Shown: positions 27,083 through 38,865 of the stretch, one piece after another
How the letters are laid out: the number at the start of each line of letters is the position of its first letter
How positions within the stretch are numbered: position 1 is the first letter of the stretch
Origin: Octopus vulgaris
Taxonomy: Eukaryota
NCBI GenBank assembly: GCA_951406725.2
Contig: OX597822.1
Coordinates: 53,754,001-53,818,000 of the forward strand
Direction: 5' to 3'
DNA: 64,000 nucleotides
Program-made: the position numbers and the translations under genes
Notes under the pieces: generated by a model
What the model saw: only the letters and a program-made list of their open reading frames with translations
Databases searched by the model: none
What the model was told of the DNA's origin: nothing

Positions 27083-27465
27083 AGGAGTGGCTGCATGGTA
27101 AGAAGCTTGCTTCCCAACCATATAGTCCTGGGCACAGTCCCACTGTGTAGCACCTTGGGTGAGTGTCTTCTACTATAGCATTGGGCCGAACAAAGCCATG
27201 TGAGTGGATTTGGTAGATGGAAACCAATAGAAGCCTGCCTTGTGTGTGTGTGTGTGTTTGTCCCCACCTCCATCACTTGACACACTGATGCTGGTGTGTT
27301 TATGTACTCGTAACTTAGTGGTTCAGCAAAACAAACTGAGTACTAGGCTTACAAAGAATAAGTCCTGGGGTCAATTTCTTCAACTAAAATCCCTGAAGGC
27401 TAAAATCACTAAAATCACTCCAGCATGGCCACAGTCAAATGACTGAAAGAAATGAAAGAATAAAA
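27083..27465 (+). mobile_element. SINE family 2, diverged
   Basis: ggagtggctgcatggtaagaagc head...cagtcaaatgactgaaa tail. Confidence 0.75.
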
Positions 27466-28304
27466 AATTTGGAGTTCTATTTCATCCAGTGTGCTTGATA
27501 ACAATCTGTTTCTTTTTTACTGAAGTTGTAAACTATATTTAAAATCTTAATGACTAATGCAATGTCTTTTTCATTAATTCTATTAATGAAGCTGTTATTT
27601 CTATTATTATTAAATTTTTTTTCTTGCTTTTTTTTAAAGTAAATTCTTTTTCTCCAAAAATTGCATGATTGCACTTTTGCCATTTATCTATATCAGGGAT
27701 TAAGTGAAGTGATCAATAGAGACCACCAAGAAGGTGGACAGGTTAAACACCCAAAACTTATCCAATAGGTCAATAAACACCAAAAACAATTTGGAGAATT
27801 ATGGAGTGCTAAATTAAGACCTCAACAATTCCATGAAGAGATCAATGATATAAATTTGCTGACCTCTTATCTTATATCTATATAAACGTTGATGTTTATC
27901 AGTGTGTAAATTCTTGGAAAGATTTGTTGAGAAATAGTGATTTGGCAGACAAATTCAAAATCACTTTCACCTAAGTGATAAGTCATCTTCAAGTGTAGGA
28001 AGGACTAAATTTATTGTTGAAATCACAGTGATGATGTGAAAGAGGAAAAGCAGGTCAGTGCCCTCCAATGATCACATAGTGAAGAGGTGGGTACAATTGA
28101 TGATGATCATTTCTAGGTTGACATTACCCTAATTATCATACAAAAAAAAACACAACTCAACAAATATGGTTTTTCTAAAAACTTTTTAATGAATATCAAA
28201 AGTACAATGATACAAATAACAAACAAAAATTAAAAACAAAATAGAAGTGCTGTGATTTTTTGGCAATGAATATTTCTTATTACCTCCTGACAAAGAAGAC
28301 ACCA

Positions 28305-28424
28305 TATATATACACACACACACACGTGTGTATATATATGTATATATGTATACATACATACATACACATCCATGAATATATATATATGTGTGTATATATA
28401 TATATACATATACACACACGTATG

Positions 28425-28477
<53 letters not shown>

Positions 28478-28504
28478 ATGTATATATACATCAACACACA
28501 CGTA

Positions 28505-28552
<48 letters not shown>

Positions 28553-28950
28553 TACATACACACACGTGTGTATGTATGAATATATATGTATATACACATA
28601 CAAACATACATACACGTGTGTGTGTGTGTATAAATATCAAAAAGAGAAAAGTTCTTTTCCAAGTCATAGGCTCATAAAGCTGGGGTCTTGGATTGTGCAG
28701 AGTGTATATTCCACTCAACCTGGGTAGGACACCAGTTTGTCGCAGGCTTGTGTGCATATTTGTACACATATATATACAGACAAAACAGTAAATCAAACAA
28801 AAAAAAAAGCAAATCATAAATGTATATATATGTGTGTGTGTATACATATGTATACATATATATACATACACACACACAGATGTTTATGTATGCATATATA
28901 TACACACACGGATGTGTGTGTGTATATATATATACACACACACACACATA
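28305..28950. repeat. Compound (TA)/(CA)/(TG) microsatellite field
   Basis: Direct reading; explains the many YI/TH ORFs. Confidence 0.9.
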
Positions 28951-29053
28951 AAAATTATAATTAAGGGTATCTAAAAAATACCACCATGCTAGATATAGCA
29001 GCCAAAACTTGACTAAAAAACCACATTAAATGTATATTTAAGTATTAGTATGT

Positions 29054-29093
<40 letters not shown>

Positions 29094-32000
29094 AGTTCAG
29101 CAACAATTTAGATTCAAATGAATATGGTACTTAATTTAGATGCACCAGAATTTTGTACGGTGTTGCCCATAAAAATATGCGGGGTGATTATAATAAAAAA
29201 AAATAAGCAACAAGAATGAATCCGGTAATTTAGTACAATTGTTTTATACTACAACATTTTATTAAAATCTGTAAATATTACAGCAGATTTAAGATGCTGA
29301 GTAATCTTCAGCTAATTTTATATAGGTTTTCCAATAATATAAAAGTTTTCAAATCAATTAATAACATCTTAGGGAAGGAAGGGATTTAAGTTAGTTGCAG
29401 AAAAAAGGAAGAATTTAGAATACATAAAGGGAATTCAGGTTGTCACTAGAACAAAAAGCCAGTTTTTTTATGTGGTGAGAAAAAAATCTAGGTCAATGTC
29501 GAGAGGTCAATTAAATTCTTTTACAAAGGATAAGGGAAACAAACCTATCATCTAATTTATAGTAGGTATCATATTTTATAACTGGGGGAATAGTATTAAA
29601 TTTTAAAATTAGAATAGATTTGGGGAAAGATCCAAATTCAAGATTACAGTGAAGTTATTCTAGTCGACTATGAAAGTAAATTAAAGGTTAGTGTAGTATA
29701 TCTCATATTATTATTATATTAAAAAGTTAAAGTTTGAAAATGTAGGAAAACTTAAATTTCTATTTAAAGTATTTAAATGTTCTAGTTGTGGAATGTATGC
29801 AAGATCCTAACTCTAGACGATTATTCAGTAGATTTTTGTTACTTCGATACTTTAAAATTTCATAGGTTTCCATAGAACAGAGTTGACAGCCTACTCTACT
29901 ATTTCTATAAGGTTTTGCCCTTCTAACTATATCCCATTTTAGGTTGCATCCTATATTATTTGTTTTAAGTTCCCAAATTTTGCTAGATAGTGTAGTGCAA
30001 CCTGCCTTGTGTTTTAATCGAAAAGAGGAGAAATGGTTGTTAAGACGTCGTTTAAAATCCACAGAACACCCAAGATAAAAAAAGCTATCATTAGAAGTTA
30101 TTATAGTGCATTTATAAACTACGTTTTGGACCAAACAACGACCAGATACCAGACAATTTGATCTAATCCTACAATTACAACTGGGGGGATAATATTCAGA
30201 TTTGGAATTATTTAAGGATAGTTCTCTCACATTACTGTTATTTAAAATATTATTAGTATTATTTTCATTTTTAGTGGTCATATTGATATCCAAAATAGGG
30301 TTACTATTTATTAATCCATTTTCACCATCATTCCCATCTACCATACTTATACCTATACTATCTACATTACTGGTATTGCTATTATCATTATTTATATTTA
30401 TATCAATATTGTTATTATTGTTATTATTATTATTGCTATCATCATTTTTAGTATTTTTATTATCCCTATTACCATTATTACTATTTTTATTAATATTATT
30501 ATTATTGTTATTTCTATTGTTGATGCTATTATTACAATTACTATCCTTGTTGTTACTATTCATTCTACTCCTGGCTAACTTAATGTTTTTACTATTAAGC
30601 CTAGCTATTATGGTAGCCATGTTTGGGAGGGTTGAATATGAAATCCTTACTGATCTCTTAGAAATTATTTTATGGGAGGCTGGGAAGTTTTTTCTAGTAG
30701 ATTTAAATCTACTGTACACATTCGTCAAGATCGCACAATTAAAGGGAATATTTAGCCAAATGATATTTTCTCTTTTATATTTTTTAAGTATGAGTTGGAG
30801 GGAGATGCGTTATCACTATTCGCACGAGAATTATTATTCTTTTTACTCCTATTTTCATGTCTATTAGATTTATCTAGATTGGCATTTTCAAATTTGTTTA
30901 TGATCTGGTCAATATTTTTATTCTTATAATTTGGTTTATACACTAAATTTTTCATCTCCATAAATCTATTTTTATGTAGGGTATGATAGCTATTATTGTT
31001 TACGTTATTTATATTCACTTCATTGTTCGGGAGATATAAGCTATCCTTATCGAGAAAGGTAATTTCTTGATCATATCCCGCTTTGGATAATGCGGTATTG
31101 TAATGGTTAGAGTGAGAGTTAAATATATCACTATTAGATGACAATTTAGAAATTCTTAGGGAAATATTTTTAACTAATGATTTTATTATATTTGGGGGAT
31201 GATTAGATGACTTATTTACATATCTAGTGATTTCGCCTTCTTTTCTAAATGGGTAATGTAGCTTTGAATTAAGGTTTAAGGTAACATCTAGGAAATTAAC
31301 TATCTTAGTGCCAGGTTCGTAAGTAATGCCTAGGTTAAAATTTTTAAAGAATTTATTAATTTTCTTTTTTATCCTTTCAATACTTGATTTACAATTGCTA
31401 GGTACAACGAACACAGCATTATCCCTATATAGACCACCTTGTAACTCCGGGATATCCTTATTTATACATTTTAATAAGTATGCCCCTACTAGATTCGTTA
31501 TCTCAGCTGAGTCACTAGAGCCCATAGGTATATCAAAATTATTAGGGGTATCCGCCCTAGTCCATAATTTCCCTTCAAATTCAATGATAGTTTTTCTAGC
31601 TAATAGGATTATGTCAATTTCTTCTCTAGATATAAGAGAGCGATTCATAGCAAAAATAAGCGATTTATTTAGTAGAATGGGGGATATACTAGAATAATAA
31701 TTGTTAATATCAGATTGGATAAAAGAAATTCTATTAGTGTTATCTAGAGATTTAAACCAATCTATTACTTCATCTGTATTAAACCATAGACTTAAGGGAA
31801 GATTAGGAATTATATGGGGTAGAATGTTGTCCAAAATAGATTTGCTAAGTTGGCCAATGTCCGACTTAGTTGGACATGAGTCTTACCGAGGGGTTTTCTA
31901 AGAAATTTTTTTTATGGTCCTTAAGATTGATCCTGGGTTCACATGGTATAAGAGGCTCCGTTGTCAGTCAAATTGTAATTTTCCATAACTTTTTTGATTT

Positions 32001-32297
32001 CTAGATTGATTTCTCTCAAGTTTTTCTTGGTTGTTATTTTATACCTTAAGTTCCTTTCTAATGAGTCTGCTGTAAAACGTATAATCCAATCTGTAAAGAT
32101 TTCCAGTTTTGTCTGCTGGGACTAAGATCCCTTGCTTATTCTGAATAGAATTAATGAAATCCTCAAGATGTTTAAGGTGTGGATTTTATCTCAATGGATA
32201 CTCCTTGAATTTTATATTCGCGATAAGGTCCAGTAGATCCTTTTCAAAGTTTTCAAGTAATGGGTTCGGAGGTGGGCTCTTTCTACTTCTAAAAATC
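29094..32297 (-). mobile_element. Penelope-like element (RT + GIY-YIG endonuclease), defective
   Basis: ORF 31834-30752 has RT motifs (SDINNYYSSI, IPMGSSDSAEIT, GLYRDN, VNFLDVTL, SNHPP). ORF 30728-29760 has CNC...C and VVYKC...FYLG...FKRRLNNH...CQLC (GIY-YIG). Upstream ILVPADKTGNLY. Frameshifts and YRDD>YRDN. Confidence 0.9.
29229..29316 (-). ncRNA. Type I hammerhead ribozyme relic in the Penelope 3' repeat
   Basis: Minus strand: ttag CTGAAGA ttac...gtat AAAA caattGTA ctaa; palindromic stem III ACAATTGT, stem I ttag/ctaa; G12 mutated (GAAA>AAAA). Confidence 0.6.
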
Positions 32298-32334
32298 TAT
32301 ATATATATTTGTATTTATGTGTTATTTTGTGTGT

Positions 32335-32393
32335 ATTCCACTGATGAGGGTAAAACATTTCTTTTGCAGAACCAGAAATCAGGGATCTGGAAT
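32335..32393 (+). ncRNA. Type I hammerhead ribozyme, slightly degenerate
   Basis: attcca CTGATGA gggt...acca GAAA tcagggATC tggaat: 6-bp stem I, full core, AUC cleavage triplet; the stem II base pair next to the core is mismatched. Confidence 0.6.
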
Positions 32394-32916
32394 TATCCAA
32401 TAATTTTTTGCTAGTTTATTTTGTTTCTTTGTCTTCTCTTCTGGTGCTGTATGAACATTTAATATGGTTTTAGAGTCAAGTTTTGGCTGCTACATCTAGC
32501 ATGGTGGTATCTTTTTGATACCCTGAATTATAATTAGTACCTATGAGGTTTTTATTCCCATGCTAGCCACCTGATATATCGGTATTTTAAATAACGATCT
32601 TATCCTTATCTACATATATATATATACACATACAAACATATATACATACATACATATACATACATATGTGTGTGTGTATATATATATATATAATGTATGT
32701 ATAACAAAAGGATCAAAGTTCCTTTCTATGAGGCTGGCTTCCTGGATTCTGTGACAGACTGGTGTCCTGGGTAGGACACCAGTCTGTCACAGGTGTGTGA
32801 CCATGTTTGTACACACATATCTAGACAAAAACAGTAAATCAAAAAATAAAAAGCAGTACATCATGAATGTATATATACATGTGTGTGTGTGTATATACAT
32901 GTGTGTGTGTGTGTAT

Positions 32917-32957
<41 letters not shown>

Positions 32958-33633
32958 AACACACACACACGTGTATATATATACATATACACACGTATAT
33001 GTATATATATATATATATATACATACATATACACACACACACACACACGTATATGTATATATTTGTGTGTGTTTTTTAAGTGAAAGTTTGTTTTTGCAAA
33101 AGAGAGGAAAAATAGTCAGTACAAGTGGTAAAAGAGTTAAAAAAAGAAAAAAAAACACCTGAAACTTCATAAATGACAACAACTAGCTTCGAAGCTTTCA
33201 ACCTCAAGGCAAACACTGAAAGTCTACCTTTTTTTTTTTACTGAGGGATGAATGTCATATTTGACTATCTTTAATATATGAAAATATAAATATGCCAGAT
33301 AAGTGATAGCCATAGGCTAGAAAAGTTTTCCTTGTACTTTAGAAGTTAGAAGCTATTCATGCTAAGCACAGACTACTGTCTAACAAGGATGAAGTAGTTG
33401 TGTATTTATTACATAACAAACAAGAATGTCAATGACGTACATTTAAGTGGTAAATATATAAACTTCGTAAAAGCAAAAATATCAAAACCAGAGTTTGTTT
33501 GTTTTTTTTATTATTCAAAGTATAGTCAATTGTCTCCTATACGAAAATATAAGTAAAATAGGCTGAATGCAAATAAAAAGAGAACTTTTTTTCAAAATTC
33601 ATTCAGGGATGCTATTGGCCAAAAGTACTCATA

Positions 33634-33735
33634 TACAGGGATTCCCCGACTTGTGCGAAATTCGACTTGCGCGAGCCAACTTTTGATACCGAGTGTTCAG
33701 GTTGCGCGAGTTGCATTCTCGACTTGCGCTTGTAA
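33634..33735. mobile_element. Tigger-like terminal fragment
   Basis: ta-caggggattccccgacttgtgcgaaattcgacttgcgcga with repeated cgacttgcgc motifs; only one end seen. Confidence 0.4.
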
Positions 33736-33996
33736 AAATATTTATTATCCATGGTTGCATTGCCTTGTCTGTTATCTTGTTATCTATCCATCATTTCAAA
33801 TATACATAAAGTAAATATAATTGTGTTTGAGTAATTGCATTACTCCTTTATGTACAATCCTTTATGTACACTGTTTTGCTCTACATTAATATATTTGTCC
33901 TTAAAGTTTCTTATGTGGTGGTTTAATAAAGTATGTGATTGGGTATTATCTGGTAATTGATATTTGATTTGGATGTATTTCTACATTTTCTTATTT

Positions 33997-34033
<37 letters not shown>

Positions 34034-34396
34034 GTTCTATTTTTACCTCCACAAAGGATTCAATGAATTTAGAAATGAAGAACTCTGAAATTATGACGCT
34101 TCTAGTCATCTCTAGTGGTCACCTTGGAATAATACAAAAATTGATTTCACATGTAGCAAACATAAATGCAGACAACAATAATGGTAACTTTTTCAATTAT
34201 ATATATATATGCTCTATTTTTACCTCCACAAAGGATTCAATGAATTTAGAAATCAAGAACTCTGAAAATATGACACTATTGCTTCTAGTCGTCTCCGGGG
34301 GTTACTTTGGAATACTACAGAAACTGATTTCACATGGAGCAAACATATATGCAGACAAAAATAATGGTAACTTTTTCAATTATATATATATGTGTA

Positions 34397-35326
34397 TCAT
34401 CATCATCATCGTCGTTTAACGTCCGTTCTCCATGCTAGCATGGGTTGGACGGTTCGACCGGGGTTCTGGGAAGCCAGAAGGCTGCACCAGGCTCCAGTCT
34501 AATCTGGCAATGTTTCTACAGCTGGATGCCCTTCCTAACGCCAACCACTCCGTGAGTGTAGTGGGTGCTTTTTACGTGCCACCTGCACAGGTGCCAGGCG
34601 GGGCTGGCAACGGCCACGGTCAGATTGGTGTATTTTATGTGCCACCGGCACGGAAGCCAGTCGAGGCGGTGCTGGCATCGGCCACGAGTCGGATAGTGCT
34701 TTTTACGTACCACCAGACCAGGGATCCTGGCTGGTTCAATTCGATTTCGCTTGCCCCAACATGTCTTCACAAGCAAAGGGGGTTGGCAAGGGTGCCTGTC
34801 GTACGGTCGCATTGGAGTATTTTACGTGCAACGGCCACGCGAGTCGGATAGTGCTTTTTACGTACCACCAGACCAGGGATCCTGGCTGGTTCAATTCGAT
34901 TTCGATTTCGCTTGCCCCAACATGTCTTCACAAGCAAAGGGGGTTGGCATGGGTGCCTGTCGTACGGTCGCATTGGAGTATTTTACGTGCCACGGCCACG
35001 AGTCGGATAGTGCTTTTTACGTACCACCAGGCCAGGGATCCTGGCTGGTTCAATTCGGTTTCGATTTCGCTTGCCCCAACATGTCTTCGCAAGCATGGGG
35101 GGTTGGCATGGGTGTCTGTCGTCGGATGAGGTTCTATATCGACTTCGCTTGCCTCAACCGGTCTTTGTGTCCAAGGGAGGAAAGGCATTCATAAGTGGGC
35201 TGGGCTCACTTGTCCTGCCTGGTCTTCTCACGTACAGAATATTTCCAAAGGTCTCGGTCTCTGGTTATTTCCTCAGTGAGGCCTAAAGTTCGAAGGTCGT
35301 GCTTCACCACCTCGTCCCAGGTTTTC

Positions 35327-35328
<2 letters not shown>
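34397..35328 (-). mobile_element. RTE-like LINE 3' end with internal tandem repeats, inserted in array A
   Basis: RKTWDEVVKHDLRTLGLTEEITRDRDLWKY and a three-fold ~160-bp internal repeat (ggccacgagtcggatagtgc...). Confidence 0.7.
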
Positions 35329-35369
<41 letters not shown>

Positions 35370-35539
35370 CATGTTCTATTTTTACCTCCACAAAAGATTC
35401 AATTAATTCAGAAATTAAGAGCTATGAAAATATGACACTATTGCTTCTAGTCATCTTTAGGGGTCACCTTAGAATAATATGTAAACTGATTTCACATGGA
35501 GCAAACATGAATGCTGACAACAATATTGGTAACTTTTTC

Positions 35540-35599
<60 letters not shown>

Positions 35600-36971
35600 A
35601 TATATAAATATATATATAAATAAATACATATATATATATAAATATGTTCTATTTTTACCTCCACAAAGGATTCAATGAATTTAGAAATCAAGAACTCTGT
35701 GAATATGATACTATTGCTTCTAGTCATCTCTACGGCACACCTTGGAATAATACATAAAATTATTTCACACGGTGCAAACATGAATGCTGAAAACAATAAT
35801 GGTAACTTTTTCAATTATATATGTTCTATTTTTACCTCCACAAAGGATTCAATGAATTTAGAAATTAAGAACTCTGAGAATATGATACTATTGCTTCTAG
35901 TCATCTCCAGTGGTTACTTTGGAATACTACAGAAACTGATTTCACATGGAGCAAACATATATGCAGACAAAAATAATGGTAACTTTTTCAATTATATATA
36001 TATGTCATCATCATCATCATCATCGTTTAGCGTCAGCTTTCCATGCTAGCATGGGTTGGACGGGTCAACTGGGGTCTGTGAAGCTGGAAGGCTTCGTCAG
36101 GCCCAGTCAGATCTGGCAGTGTTTCTACGGCTGGATGCCCTTCCTAACGCCAACCACTCCGCGAGTGTATATATATATATATATATATATATATGCATGT
36201 TCTATTTTTACCTCCACAAAAGATTCAATTAATTCAGAAATTAAGAGCTATGAAAATATGACACTATTGCTTCTAGTCATCTCCAGTGGTTACTTTGGAA
36301 TACTACAGAAACTGATTTCACATGGAGCAAACATAAATGCAGACAAAAATAATGGTAACTTTTTCAATTATATATACATACATATATATATAAATATGTT
36401 CTATTTTTACCTCCACAAAGTATTCAATGAATTTAGAAATTAAGAACTCTGAAGATATGACACTTCCACTTCTCGGCATCTGTGGAGGTCATCTTGGATT
36501 AATAAGCAAATTGATTTTACATGAAGCAGACATAAATGCTGACAACAATAATAGTAATTTTTTCAATTATATATATGTATAAATATATATATATATGTGT
36601 GTGTGCGTTCTATTTTTACCTCCACAAAGGATTCAATGAATTTAGAAATCAAGAACTCTCAAAATATGACACTGTTCCTTCTAGTCATCTCTACGGCACA
36701 CCTTGGAATAATACATAAAATTATCTCATATGGTGCAAACATGAATGCTGAAAATAATAATGGCAACATTTTCAATTATATATATATACATATATATATA
36801 CATACATATATATACATATATATATACATACATACATATATATATACATACATATATATATACATACATATATATATACATACATATATATATACATACA
36901 TATATATATACATACATATATATATACATACATATATATATACATACATATATATATACATACATATATAT

Positions 36972-37020
<49 letters not shown>

Positions 37021-37521
37021 CATATATATGTTCTATTTTTACCGCCACAAAGGATTCAATGAATTTAGAAATCAAGAACTCTGAAAATATGACACTATTC
37101 CTTCTAGTCATCTCTACGGCACGCCTTGGAATAATACATAAAATTATTTCACACGGTGCAAATATGAATGCTGAAAACAATAATGGTAACTTTTTCAATT
37201 ATATATGTTCTAATTTTACCTCCACAAAGGATTCAATGAATTTAGAAATCAAGAACTGTCAAAATATGACACTGTTCCTTCTAGTCATCTCTACGGCACA
37301 CCTTGGAATGATACATAAAATTATCACATACGGTGCAAAGATGAATGCTGAAAACAATAATGGTAACTTTTTCAATTATATATGTTCTATTTTTGCCTCC
37401 ACAAAAGATTCAATGAATTTAGAAATCAAGAACTCTCAAAATATGACACTATAGCTTCTAGTCATCTCTACAACTCACCTTGGAATAATACATAAACTCA
37501 TTTCACATGGTGCAAACATGA

Positions 37522-37553
37522 ATGCTGACAACAATAATGGTAACATTTTCAAT

Positions 37554-37593
<40 letters not shown>

Positions 37594-38865
37594 TGTTCTA
37601 TTTTTACCGCCACAAAGGATTCAATGAATTTAGAAATCAAGAACTCTGAAAATATGACACTATTGTTTCTAGTCATCTCTACGACTCACCTTGGAATAAT
37701 ACATAAAATTATTTCACACGGTGCAAATATGAATGCTGAAAACAATAATGGTAACTTTTTCAATTATATATGTTCTAATTTTACCTCCACAAAGGATTCA
37801 ATGAATTTAGAAATCAAGAACTCTCAAAATATGACACTGTTCCTTCTAGTCATCTCTACGGCACACCTTGGAATGATACATAAAATTATCACATACGGTG
37901 CAAATATGAATGCTGAAAACAATAATGGTAACTTTTTCAATTATATATGTTCTATTTTTGCCTCCACAAAAGATTCAATGAATTTAGAAATCAAGAACTC
38001 TCAAAATATGACACTATTCCTTCTAGTCATCTCTACGGCACACCTTGGAATGATACATAAAATTATCACATACGGTGCAAAGATGAATGCTGAAAACAAT
38101 AATGGTAACTTTTTCAATTATATATGTTCTATTTTTGCCTCCACAAAGGATTCAATGAATTTAGAAATCAAGAACTCTCAAAATATGACACTGTTCCTTC
38201 TAGTCATCTCTACGGCACACCTTGGAATGATACATAAAATTATCACATACGGTGCAAATATGAATGCTGAAAACAATAATGGTAACTCTTTCAATTATAT
38301 ATGTTCTAATTTTACCTCCACAAAGGATTCAATGAATTTAGAAATCAAGAACTGTCAAAATATGACACTGTTCCTTCTAGTCATCTCTACGGCACACCTT
38401 GGAATGATACATAAAATTATCACATACGGTGCAAATATGAATGCTGAAAACAATAATGGTAACTTTTTCAATTATATATGTTCTATTTTTGCCTCCACAA
38501 AAGATTCAATGAATTTAGAAATCAAGAACTCTCAAAATATGACACTATTCCTTCTAGTCATCTCTACGGCACACCTTGGAATGATACATAAAATTATCAC
38601 ATACGGTGCAAAGATGAATGCTGAAAACAATAATGGTAACTTTTTCAATTATATATGTTCTATTTTTGCCTCCACAAAGGATTCAATGAATTTAGAAATC
38701 AAGAACTGTCAAAATATGACACTGTTCCTTCTAGTCATCTCTACGGCACACCTTGGAATGATACATAAAATTATCACATACGGTGCAAAGATGAATGCTG
38801 AAAACAATAATGGTAACTTTTTCAATTATATATGTTCTATTTTTGCCTCCACAAAGATTCAATGA
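37522..38865 (+). other. Read-through ORF of array A (59-aa period); coding status unknown
   Basis: 177 is divisible by 3 and the 44-nt intron has no in-frame stop ([15 protein letters not shown]), giving a 447-aa periodic ORF. No independent evidence of expression. Confidence 0.25.

Noticed and set aside
27697-28100. Exon-like, purine-rich stretch after a tatcag acceptor
   Set aside because: Stops in the frames examined and no domain I can support; at most a decayed exon.
30202-30867. 221-aa Leu-rich ORF resembling a membrane protein
   Set aside because: Antisense shadow of the Asn-rich Penelope linker.
33343-33450. Possible constant exon upstream of array A (ttag|aagttagaagc...aagtg|gtaaat)
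   Set aside because: In-frame stops and no ankyrin similarity; cannot be linked to the array.
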